64,000 nt of DNA from positions 96,001 to 160,000 of IMG/VR virus record IMGVR_UViG_3300030329_006012, one strand, 5' to 3'. This DNA comes from a virus. Within the stretch, counting starts at the first letter, position 1, and each line of letters opens with the position of its first letter. Under the pieces are notes generated by a model. That model was not told where the DNA came from and searched no databases. It saw nothing but the letters and a program-made list of their open reading frames with translations. A program made the position numbers and the translations under genes. This document shows positions 38,511 to 48,925 of the stretch, one piece after another.

Positions 38511-38755
38511 TCTCCAATTCCCCTTTAAAAACAGCTACTTACCTAAGTACTTGATTTTAAAGGGTTTTTATTTAGAGGTGCGTGATGCCGATGGATCTAC
38601 TAGATCCCCGTAAGTGCCAGCAATTGGCCCCAACTCCAGCAAAGGAGCCTAACTCCAGCAATGTCGTTTTACCCCTAAGTGGCGGGAAACAAAGGGAAAA
38701 AACAGTGAAAAAACCCTTGCTATTTCCGCACAGTTTAGTATAATGGGTACATCTT
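38502..38755 (+). repeat. Regulatory cassette copy A with a strong sigma70-like promoter
   Basis: 38502-38540 matches 48518-48556 (30/39 by hand); 38710-38755 matches 48761-48806 (40/46), containing TTGCT...TATAAT. Confidence 0.8.
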
Positions 38756-38778
38756 AAACAGACAAAGGAAACAAAATT

Positions 38779-41700
38779 ATGGCCCATCCCTCAGTACCAT
38801 TTATCTATACCCGCAAAGACTACATCCAAAACAACGCTTGCACCCACCAACAGTATTATCGCCAGCTTGTCAAGCCAGCACTGTTGGATATGGTCAAGAA
38901 TTATTTTGGCATGGAGGCTCTCATGAGCCCGAAGAATGACGGACACTTCAACCACCTCGCACTCAAGAAGTGGGATCGTTTGGCGTACAACGTCCATATG
39001 CCCACGGATGCAGATTGGAAAATGGTTGGTGACTTCCGCACCCAAGCAGGTTGCGTATGTGTATTGAAACAAGCAGCCGCGATGGTTGTCGAACAAGAAA
39101 AGGCAGGTGAATAATGAAAGAATTTGCCATTTGGGGCATTCCCCCTAACAAAACTGAAGAAGATTTGCTTTTCACAAAGGCAACCTCTATGGAAGATGCC
39201 GAAGAATATGTTAAAATCTTTACTGAACAATTCGGCGCAACCAAGGTAAGAATTCAGGTCATTGACATGAACGAATGCCCCTCTAAACTCTTTAAATCAA
39301 AGGATATTGTAAATGTATAACGAACACGACACTTTAGCAGAAAACTTTGCCACCCGTTTAGTTGATGATATGGATATGGGCACCCTTGTCCAAATAGCAA
39401 TAGAAAACTTAACTGATTATTATCGTGATGAGTACACACTTGAGCAATTGAAGACTGAAATCGAAGACAATGGTTGTTACGACGATTTACTGGAGAATTT
39501 ATAATGAAATTTAAACCGAATGCAAATGCAACCAAGCGAACCAAAAACCGCTTCAGCGAACACACGATTATTCCTGTGAAGGATGACGAAAGCCCCATGT
39601 CGAGCCAATTCAGTGAGTTTGCCGACAATGTTCATGGCTTCGTTGGGCGAACCTGTCAATCGTTCTGTAGTGTTGAGCGTAACAGCAAAGACCCAAAATG
39701 GCCGCGATGGTTTGGCTGGATTCCGGTTGACGAAATTGAAGAAGTAGAAGGAGAATAACATGAACCCAAAGACAGAGAACACAAAAACAGGCACCTTTTC
39801 AACGTGGACTACCACCGATCTGGATGGCACCTACAAAGAGGTGGGCCTGTACCGTACCAACAGCGGCAAAGTGGAGCGTAAAATGTTTGACACCGTTCGA
39901 GCAGCACTAGACTATGGCTTTGCCAATGGTTATCACCACCGAAGCCACATTAGCTACAGCGATTTCTTAGCGGGAAAAGGAGAATAAAATGACATATCAA
40001 GTGGTGATAAAAAGAGATGGTGACGCAACGGAGAACGAAGGTGCGGTTATCGCATCCTTTGTTACGAGAGAGTGTGCCAATGCCTTTGTTGATGGTGTTG
40101 AGTATGTAAACGACTCAAGCTTGCTTGTTGCAGTGGTAGAAATCGAGCGACCGGATGAAGCACAAGAGCGATACGATTGGGGAGAAGAATAAAATGACTG
40201 AGCAGCAAGAATTACAAGCCGTGTTAGAATACCTTAATGTAACTGAGGAACAGTTCTTCGAAATTATGGAAGTAGCCTACAAAAAGGTTATCAAAAAGCG
40301 TGTAGAGAAAGACAACCCACCACCCTTACGGAATTTATAATATGGATATTCAGAAGTACCACCAGGTGATTAGAGATTTAGCCCGTTACGAATTTGGGTG
40401 CGGCATATACACGCGCCCCTCTAACCCCTCACAAGAGGTTCAGGTTGAGAACCTGCAACTCAAAATAGCAGAACACTACCCCGATTTGAAATCCGCCAAG
40501 CAAGCCCTTAAACAAGTTGAAAAAGGAAAACATAATGATTATATGTCCATCCATTAAATCCCCCCGCATTAACAACCATCTTAAAAACACCTTTGGTGTT
40601 GATCGCGAAGAAGCAATCCTTGATGAAGTGTGCGTACCCGCGCCTATCGGTTGCGGCAAGCCTGTTATCAAGTTTCGCACCGAGGCAGACGCGAAAGAAT
40701 TTGAAATCTCAGGACTTTGCCAGTCCTGCCAAGACAACCTTTTTGACGGAGAATAACATGGAAGATAGATTAAACACAATTTTAAACATTTTTGAACGAG
40801 CGTTGGTAGAGAACTTCAAAGGAGAGAAGTCAGACTACTCTCTAAAGAATGACTACATTGACATGAAGTACGACTTCTTGAAGCTGTTGCTTGAGGCAAC
40901 CCACAAACAACCAACCAACTTTAACTTTGACTTGTTTCAGGAAAAAGTTAAATCAACCAGTCCCCTTATGCAAGACAGTTTCAAGAGATTTGAAAACACC
41001 GAAGCATTTTCCCTTACCAGAACCATCAACGATTAGGAGTTATCATGATTGAAATTCAAAACCTCACCACTAAAGTATTAATGGCATCACGCCCACATTG
41101 CCCTGACGTAAGCCTGTTGGCCTTCTTGTCTGAGCTTGGCAGATTGGACGACAATGGACGTGAGCAAGTCTTAGAGACAGCGCGTGTTGCTTATGATGAT
41201 TATAACCAGCGAACTCAGATGCTTTACCAAGGCCCATTTGATCAAGCTTGTTACAACGATTAGCTCAGGAGCATAAGATGAAGTTAGAAAACTTTAATTC
41301 AATTGTTGGTAAAATGATAGCCTACGAAGGTGGGGAAATGAACGAAGAAGAGGTGGTGGAGTTCTTTCAGGAACTACTTGACCGCAGACTTATCAACAGT
41401 TTGCAGGGAAGCTACCAACGAACTGCAGCACTTTTGCTGGAGCTTGGACATATCGATTTGCGGGAGGCAAAATGAGAGCATCAGACTTCTTAAACCAAGA
41501 TATGGTTACTGACATCATGTCAAATATGCACCCTGACAGCAGCTCGATTGAGTGTGTTATGTTGCAGCAGGTGAATGGTGTCAACTCGTTCAAGTCGGGC
41601 ACCAAAGAAATTAATCCCTTTATTCTTGCTGAGGTTACCAATGGTAACAGCTTTTCTCAGTACCTCAAAGGCTCTATCGTGCTTGTTCCAAGGAACAACT

Positions 41701-42950
41701 GTCACTTCTTGCCTAGCAAAGTTGGGCAGACAGGCCAATGGTTCCGCTTCTTCATTGCGGAAAAGCACGTCAAGGGCATTGCCCACAACAATGGCAAGTG
41801 GAACATCTCAGAAGCCAACAGGTGGGGCTCTTAATGACGTTCTTGGAGTGGGAGATATACTACCATTGGGAGTTAGAGGACGCTGTGGAGACAACCAAGG
41901 GGCTCATAGAGGCTGCCAATGGCATCCTGCCACAGAAGCAGATAGAGGCCCTGAGAACGCTTGTGAGCCTTGCAGAACACGTAGCCGATAGAGGCACACT
42001 AGATGAGGAGACTAACAAATGGAAAATAAAGTAACAAACAGCAGGGGAGACAGCCACCTTCAAGCTGGAGATTTAGTTAGAGAGGTTTCTATAAGGGCAC
42101 TCAAGAAGGGTTCGCCCTATCAGTTGGGTATTGTCTTATCCATTATTAATTTTGATAGGGATGTTCACAAGAATTCTGCCAAAATCAAGTGGCCTGATTG
42201 CGCGGATCCTTTGTGGCACCCAACGCGAAGGCTGGAGAAGATGAGTGATTAAGCCTGGAGATTTGGTTAAGCATGAAGATGCTGAATTTAGCCCTGTGCC
42301 AGCCTACAGAGATCAGGTTGGTCTTGTCCGCGCATACGACAAGGGAAGTGACGGCACCACACTTTTATCTTTCGTGGAAGTGGTGTGGCTACCTTACACT
42401 GGTGGGTGTCGAACGTTCCACCACACAGACGCACTAAAGAAGGTAGAGCAATGAAGGTTGGAGATTTAGTCAGGGCAAAGTACGTGGGTTATGAGGGGGA
42501 AAGACAAGTCTTTCTTATTACCACGGTAAGGCGACTAGAGGATCATCCCTTCTTCAAGCAAGGCGGCATGCTCTGCCCTGCTGACCACAACCGCGTCGAT
42601 GCCGTATCGCGCTGCATCAAGACAGGCTGGCTACACTACATTGTTGCAAGCCGCAACGAAGATTATGAGGTAATATCATGATGAGCATAGGAGATTTGGT
42701 AAGGTATGACCCCAAGATGTTCAGGGAGCCCACATTGTCTGAGAAGCAGTCTCGCCCCTTTGGTTGGCTAAAGGATGACTACGAAGGCACAGAACAGGGA
42801 TGGGTAGGGCTGGTCCTAAAAGTAGATGAGAACATGTGGGGGAACCGATGGCACCACAAGCAAGACAATGGGCTTGGCTATGAGATTCAATGGAGCCACG
42901 GACTTAGAGAAAAAGTATATGCTTTTGAGATAGAAGAGGTTGAGGAATGA
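38779..42950 (+). other. Array of about 18 small hypothetical early-type CDSs: 38779-39114, 39114-39320, 39313-39504, 39504-39758, 39760-39987, 39989-40192, 40194-40340, 40342-40557, 40535-40756, 40758-41036, 41045-41263, 41278-41475, 41472-41834, 41834-42034, 42019-42252, 42245-42454, 42451-42681, 42678-42950
   Basis: Head-to-tail coupling and strong SD (AGGAG/GGAGAATA); last four carry GDLV KOW-like motifs; some starts adjusted to SD-proximal ATGs. Confidence 0.65.
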
Positions 42951-43723
42951 AAAAGAAAGAATTTAAAAACGGAGTTGTTTATCTCGGAGATTGCCAGGAA
43001 GTAATGGCATCACTAGACAGGAATTCAATTGAGGTGTGTGTTACATCACCACCTTACAATCTTAACAAGAGATATTCAAACTACGACCACTCAAAGACTA
43101 GCAAGTCAATGACGGAGAAGTATGACAAGTGGTATGAAGATGATATGCCAGAATGGGAATACCAAGGCTGGCAACAGTCAGTCATTCACTCTCTGATGAG
43201 AGTCTGTGCCAGTAGCATCTTCTATAACCACAAGGTTCGCTTCGCTTGGCACAACCGCAACATCTTTCGTTCTGAGAGCAACCTGCACCATCCGATGCAA
43301 TGGTTGGCCAAGTTCCCCATCTGGTGTGAGATCATATGGGACAGGTGCGGCATAGGCAACCCATCAAGACGCTACCACATTCAGGAGGAGCGAGTCTACC
43401 AGATTCAGAAGCCCCGCAAGTGGAGCAATGACATGGGCCTAACCAACGTGTGGAAGATTCCGCCATCAAGAAATGATGGGCACGTCTGCACCTTCCCAGA
43501 GAAATTGGTTGAGAACTGTATCTTGCCTACCACAGAAGAAGGTGACACGATCATTGATCCCTTCTTGGGCTCTGGCACCACTGCAGTCGTGGCTATCAAG
43601 CACAACCGTCGCTTCATCGGCATCGAAAAGGACGAAGAATACTTCAAGCTGGCCTGTGAGAACATTGCAAAGGCAGAAGAAAACAGCACAAAGAAAGTAC
43701 TTGACACATCCCCAAGGGTGTGA
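42947..43723 (+). CDS. Orphan beta-class DNA methyltransferase (N4-C/N6-A)
   Basis: GDC, VTSPPYN, HVCTFPEKL, IIDPFLGSGTT, FIGIE. Confidence 0.92.
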   Translation: MKKKEFKNGVVYLGDCQEVMASLDRNSIEVCVTSPPYNLNKRYSNYDHSKTSKSMTEKYDKWYEDDMPEWEYQGWQQSVIHSLMRVCASSIFYNHKVRFAWHNRNIFRSESNLHHPMQWLAKFPIWCEIIWDRCGIGNPSRRYHIQEERVYQIQKPRKWSNDMGLTNVWKIPPSRNDGHVCTFPEKLVENCILPTTEEGDTIIDPFLGSGTTAVVAIKHNRRFIGIEKDEEYFKLACENIAKAEENSTKKVLDTSPRV

Positions 43724-43729
43724 TAAAAT
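43701..43729 (+). promoter_or_regulatory. sigma70-like promoter
   Basis: TTGACA-17-TAAAAT with TGTG. Confidence 0.8.
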
Positions 43730-43735
43730 GTAATC

Positions 43736-43841
43736 AAGAGAGGGATCATCTTCCCCTGCCTCAACCGGGTGTATGTACGTAATCCTCATACACTTGACGG
43801 GCAGCAAGTCGGCAGGGGCAACTGCTCATCTCTCTCGTTTT
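43736..43841 (+). ncRNA. Candidate structured RNA (sRNA, riboswitch-like leader or ribozyme)
   Basis: Nested stems GAGAGGGAT/ATCTCTCTC, CCCCTGCC/GGCAGGGG, GTGTATG/CATACAC and alternative GGGCAG/CTGCTC, between a promoter and the next SD. Confidence 0.55.
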
Positions 43842-43855
43842 AACAAGGAGATACT

Positions 43856-46800
43856 ATGGAGTGGATGACACACCGAGCGGAACTGGAACAGAGAGTAACT
43901 ACGTTAGAGATGGTGCTGGTGGCAACACACAAGGCACTTGGAAACATTAAAGAGGATGTTCACTTCTATGGTGCGGCCAACGCAGCAGATAGTCTGGACG
44001 AACTTCAGGACAAACTAGAAGAGGTGATACAGTGTTTGAATTCTTAGTGTTATTTGGTATCTTTTATATTTGTTTATGTCAAACCAAGGAGTACAACCGT
44101 GACTAAAATTAACCCTTTTGATTTGCCAACTGAAGAAGAGCGTAGAGTACGAATTGTCCTTAAAAACATTGAGTGGGACACCAACACTTCTACGGGCTAC
44201 CATGATTATATTAACCAGAAGCTCCCATCTACGATGAGCATCCCTGTTGACAGCAACCTTCCGGAAGAAGAGATGGTGGCTGCAGCCATCGATTCAGCTT
44301 CGGACGTGTGGGGATTCTGCATCACTGATTGCGATGTTGAACCCGTTGACTATGGCTCACCTAAAGCAGACGATTCGTATGCCAGTGGAGACTCACTATC
44401 TGACACCCTTGATTATGAGGGGGAGATATTCTAATGGCTCTTACTATGGACGAGTTTTATAACATTGAGAGGGAGATGAGAAGCCATCGTGCCAATATGA
44501 GATATTACGAGGAATACTCACAGCGATGGACAGACGCAAGGTTGGAATTAGAAAGACTTCAGGGGGTAAAAAAAGAAAACCACATGGTTCCAAAAGTCGG
44601 TGATTTAATCACAGATGAGCAATACCCAAATGAAGGCGCCGCAGTCGTGCTAGAGGTCGGGGACAGAAGAAGAGAGTCGGATGTTTACCGAGTGTTGGCT
44701 CCGAAGGGAGTTATGTGGCTTAACAAGGGATATGTAGAATATCAGTGTCGCTTGTTATCTTAGGAGCTAGTTATATGTATGGAAGGATACGCTGGAGTTT
44801 TCTTATATATAACGCTGCTAATAGCAGGTTTCAACCTCCTAGTTTTTTTATTAACACACACACCCCTTTAAGATTGGAGCAATATGTGTTATGTTAAGTT
44901 ATGGTTTTTGCAAAAATATGTGATGAAGCTCTCAAAGGCAATTGGTATTTGCTCTATTTGGCAGACATAATTGTCTGGTTTGCCGTAGGCTACATTTGTG
45001 GCGGAGGAATGATAAGATGAAAAAGACTATACCAGATGTTAGTGAAATTTTAAATGCTTGTGATAAAAAAACTAGGTTTTCGATAAGAAGGCCAGAAGAT
45101 GCGAAGGAGAAGGCAGTGGAAGATATGTTAGAGAACGAAGCGCCAGGAATGATGGATTTTACGACTATGACGTTGGGAGATCTCATTGGTGCGGCCCACT
45201 CTTTTAACCGAGAGATGTTGAGTTCGGCTGCAGATACGGATCAGAGAGTAGCCTATTTTACTCTTTTTGCTTTTGAGGAGCGAGCAAAACGACTTCAGGA
45301 GCATTTTGAGCATGTTCAATAAATTTAAAAAAGACGATTTAGTGGCCTATTCTGCTTATCCCAATTCTATTCCACTGGGCATTGTCAAGGAAATTAAAGA
45401 AAAGAAGGGCAAAGCAGTTGTGATGGTTTATGTTCTTGACACCTGCATCGAAGATGAGGTTGGGGTAGTTAAGTGTGTGCCCTATCATAAACTTGAGAAA
45501 GTGGCAGAGGGTGTTTTAACATGAGTCTGTCTTTAAACTCAGAACAGCTTACTTACCTCTATGAGACACTACATGATCGTAAGACCATGAAGAAGGTGTT
45601 TAGGGATTCTAAAAAACAGAAGCGACTTTGTGACAAAATAATGTCTCTTATTGAAGGAGAGATTCTACAACATTCGTCGGAGGAAGAGGTACATGACAAA
45701 GGATGATGGCTGTGTGTTTATGTATGAAGTGGGAGACTTGGTTGAGTTGGCTCGGTTTGGATACGCCCCAATTGATGATAAAGACAGGGTGTTCGGGACA
45801 ATCATCGGGAAGATAGAGCCGATTGACTATTATGTGCCACGATACAAGGTTCGGATTCAATACAAATCCCACGATAGGGAAAACGCGCTAGATGAGTACG
45901 TTCTTGCAGGTAAAGAGCGCATCATCACGGTGATGGAGTACGACATCGCGGGAAAGACAACAGGGGACTCTCAGGAGTAGGCGCTTGCGCCGCAAACTTG
46001 ACGGAAATTTTTTTTATGACAGGGGGCAAAGAGCGGCTAAAAAAAGGTGATTTGGTGCTAGTGCAGCCCATGCGATACTGCTATACCTTCACTTCGGGCA
46101 GCATAGAAAGCCTCAACACAGAAGGCCACACTAAAGATTCCCCCAACCACACAGCACACCATTGGACAGAGGATGGTTTCAAGGCCCGTGTCATTAGCGT
46201 TGAAACACTACTTACCCCCCACAATGAAGAGGAATATGTAGAAGTAAAGCTCTTTGGGAGAGGTAGAAAGCACTTTGTGAAACGGAATGAAGAGAAAACC
46301 AAGGTGGTTTGGGTTCAAAGGCGCCTAGTTAGTAAGTGTAAGGAAGAATAAAAAAAGGAGACTAACCAACCAAAGTGACCGTCATTAGAGACTACATCGA
46401 TTACCCACCTGCAAAACCAGGAGACTTAGTGAGGTTATACAATTGCTACACTTCCCATGTGGAAAACCCAGCAACAATTGTTGGCCTTTTGTTGGGAACG
46501 AGTTGGGAGGCACAGTTTGAGTTTTATGAAGTGGCAGTCTTGCAGGACGAACAGGGGTATGGCGGATATGTTCAGCGATACTTAACTAGCGATTTCTTTG
46601 TGGGTGTGCTTCCGCCACCTGCAGAAAGTGAGGAGGAAAAAGATGAGCAGAAAGAAAAAGAATAAATACAGCACAAAGCAGGACAATGTTCCGCATGATG
46701 ATGAAGAGAGAAAGAGAATGATTGAAGAGTTTATCTCCCAGAACGCAGAAGATGGAGAGTGCTTTCAGTGCTATGAGGCAATTCCCTATGAAGGGGCTCA

Positions 46801-48356
46801 GATGGTTCGTTCCACTGTGCGCGGCAAGGGCAAGAGATCAGAATAAATAAAAAAGAAGAAGGAGCCCAAGATGATGAGAAAGTTTTTATATGAAGACATG
46901 GCAGATGCCATAAAGAAGTTGAAGGCACTAGGAAGAGCCGTGAGTCCCGATACAATAACCAGAAAAGATTTGGTTGACTTAACCAGAGCAAAGGCCAATT
47001 GGAACATGGAGCCAGAAGAGATGGAAGTGGTAAACCAAAACACTAAGCTCGCTACAGACACTCCAACAAGGCCAGACCGTGGCGGCAATAAGATGCCAGA
47101 TCTTGCGGGTGACACGGACTTCACCGATACTGCAGCAACACCAGTTAATGATACAGAGGTTGATGGTGGAAGCACAACTGCAATGGTGAGCGCCCTTCAA
47201 GACAAGAAGGATGAACTCGCAGACTCTATTGCATTGGCATTGGAGCCAGAACTTGCCAACGCAGAACCAGATCTTAAACAGAAGATTGCCAAAGCTATCG
47301 AGGCAACACTTCTTGGCCATTAAGCTACGGGGTTACAGCCATGAAAAAGTCTTGGGAAGACATCACCAAAGAAGTTGAAGAAGAAATGTTAAAGAGATTT
47401 AACAGCGTCCCACTAGAGCAGAGAGCCAAGCTCGGCATCGAACCCGGAAGCGATCCTAAGTGTTATGAGAATCGACAATGGGTGCAGTGCTATGTTCAAA
47501 TGCTCGCGTGGAAAGACAAGTGCCGCCAACTGCATGAGCAATTAAATCCTGTAAAGCTCGTGAAGGAAAAACCTGCGGGAACTAAAAAAATAAAAAAGAA
47601 AAAGAGCAAATAATGAGCAACAGAAAAGAGATGCTAGAGATAAGAGACTTTAAGAGAGAACTATACGCTGCAGTGTTTGCTAATGACTCAGCGCAATTGT
47701 TGGAAGCATGGTATGGGCCAGAAGGTGGCCGAGAAGTTTATCTTTTAACTGCAGCACTTAAAATACCAAAGATAAAAGCAGCTATCCACAAGGCCGTTGA
47801 ATGGACTCAGGAAGAGAATGCCTCTAACCAAGAGTAAGATAACAGAACTCAATGCAGAGATAGCTTATCATGAAGTGTTATTCAGGAGGGGTAAGATATC
47901 CTATGAACAGTTTGAGGCTGAGAGACACAAGCTTATAGGGGAGTATTATATGAAGTACTATGATGATGAAATGAATTGCTTGCTAGACTATGAGAAAGAC
48001 TCAGAGCCCAAAGGGTTGTTGGGTGTTGCAGTTAAGCTGCTAAGAAAGTTGTTCTAGTGAAGATTGGCCAACCAACCTATAGTGTGGGAGACCTAGTGAA
48101 GATAAGGGCCTCTAACTATTATTATTGGGATGGCCCAAGGGAAAGCGTGGTCAGCGGATCTTACGGTTTAGTGGTTGGTAAGACTAACAGTTGGTATGAA
48201 GCGTATGAAGAAGCTCGCACTGATGATAGGGGAGGCACACGCTATTGGGATAATGTTAATTATTCTCCTTACAGGGTTTGGATATGTGGAACTAATGACT
48301 TTGAATGGATTAGTCCTGAGTATATGGAGCCAGCTTATAAGGATAAAAAAGGTTGA
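43856..48356 (+). other. Array of small hypothetical CDSs: 43856-44047, 44099-44434, 44434-44763, 44779-44871, 45017-45322, 45312-45524, 45521-45706, 45693-45980, 46016-46351, 46375-46665, 46643-46846, 46871-47323, 47341-47613, 47613-47837, 47818-48057, 48057-48356
   Basis: Coupled starts/stops; six carry GDLV-type KOW motifs; 44779 is a hand-translated TM peptide. Confidence 0.6.
46001..46017. repeat. 17-bp inverted repeat, left copy
   Basis: ACGGAAATTTTTTTTAT is the exact reverse complement of 55656-55672. Confidence 0.7.
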
Positions 48357-48438
48357 TTTTATTAGTTCCTGCGAATTGCCATTAATGGGGATGGTATATT
48401 AAGCAGGTTGGCTTGTGGGGTAACGTGAGGCCAGTTGA

Positions 48439-48806
48439 GGATCTAAGGGGGGTTTGGTGGTAAATGGTGGATCGTAGTGCATAACCCTAGCGCATACGCT
48501 AACTAGATCCCATCGCTAAAAAGTGATCTCTGTTTCCCTTTATTAAACGCCTACTTGCAACCCTGCGCCATGCCGCTACACCTGCCTATCTGCCCGTAAT
48601 TGCTACTCTTTCTACCCCTTGCAGTGCGCCAATCCGATGCATTATGCAGATCCGGCCCTAAGCCATTCTACGCCACCTCTGCAAGTCAAGCAAATTCGCC
48701 TAACCCCCCGAAATCATTGAATTGTCGCTTTTTGCGTAAGTGCGCGGAACTAAAGGAATAAAAACCCTTGCTTTCCTTGCTCAGTTTAGTATAATGGGTA
48801 CATCTT
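48439..48806 (+). repeat. Regulatory cassette copy B with a strong sigma70-like promoter
   Basis: Shares two blocks and GGATCTA/TAGATCC arms with cassette A; no credible ORF. Confidence 0.8.
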
Positions 48807-48925
48807 GAAAGGGAGGCAGCAAAAATGAACAAGTAGGGCGCAGGAGAGAAATCCAATTGAGCAAGACGTCGTGGGCTCCGGAAACAACACCTTAAACAAA
48901 AGCGAAACCGAAAAGGAAATAAGCA

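Noticed and set aside
43731-43760. 5' end ATCAAGAGAGG resembles the start of a SAM-I riboswitch and follows a methyltransferase gene
   Set aside because: The downstream SAM-I core (GAGGGA-CTGGCCC kink-turn, GGCAACC, GTGC-AA-TCC) is missing
48836-48900. Loose resemblance to a c-di-GMP-I riboswitch (GACG...GGCTCCGG)
   Set aside because: Lacks the GCAAACC/GNRA tetraloop-receptor architecture; too weak to call
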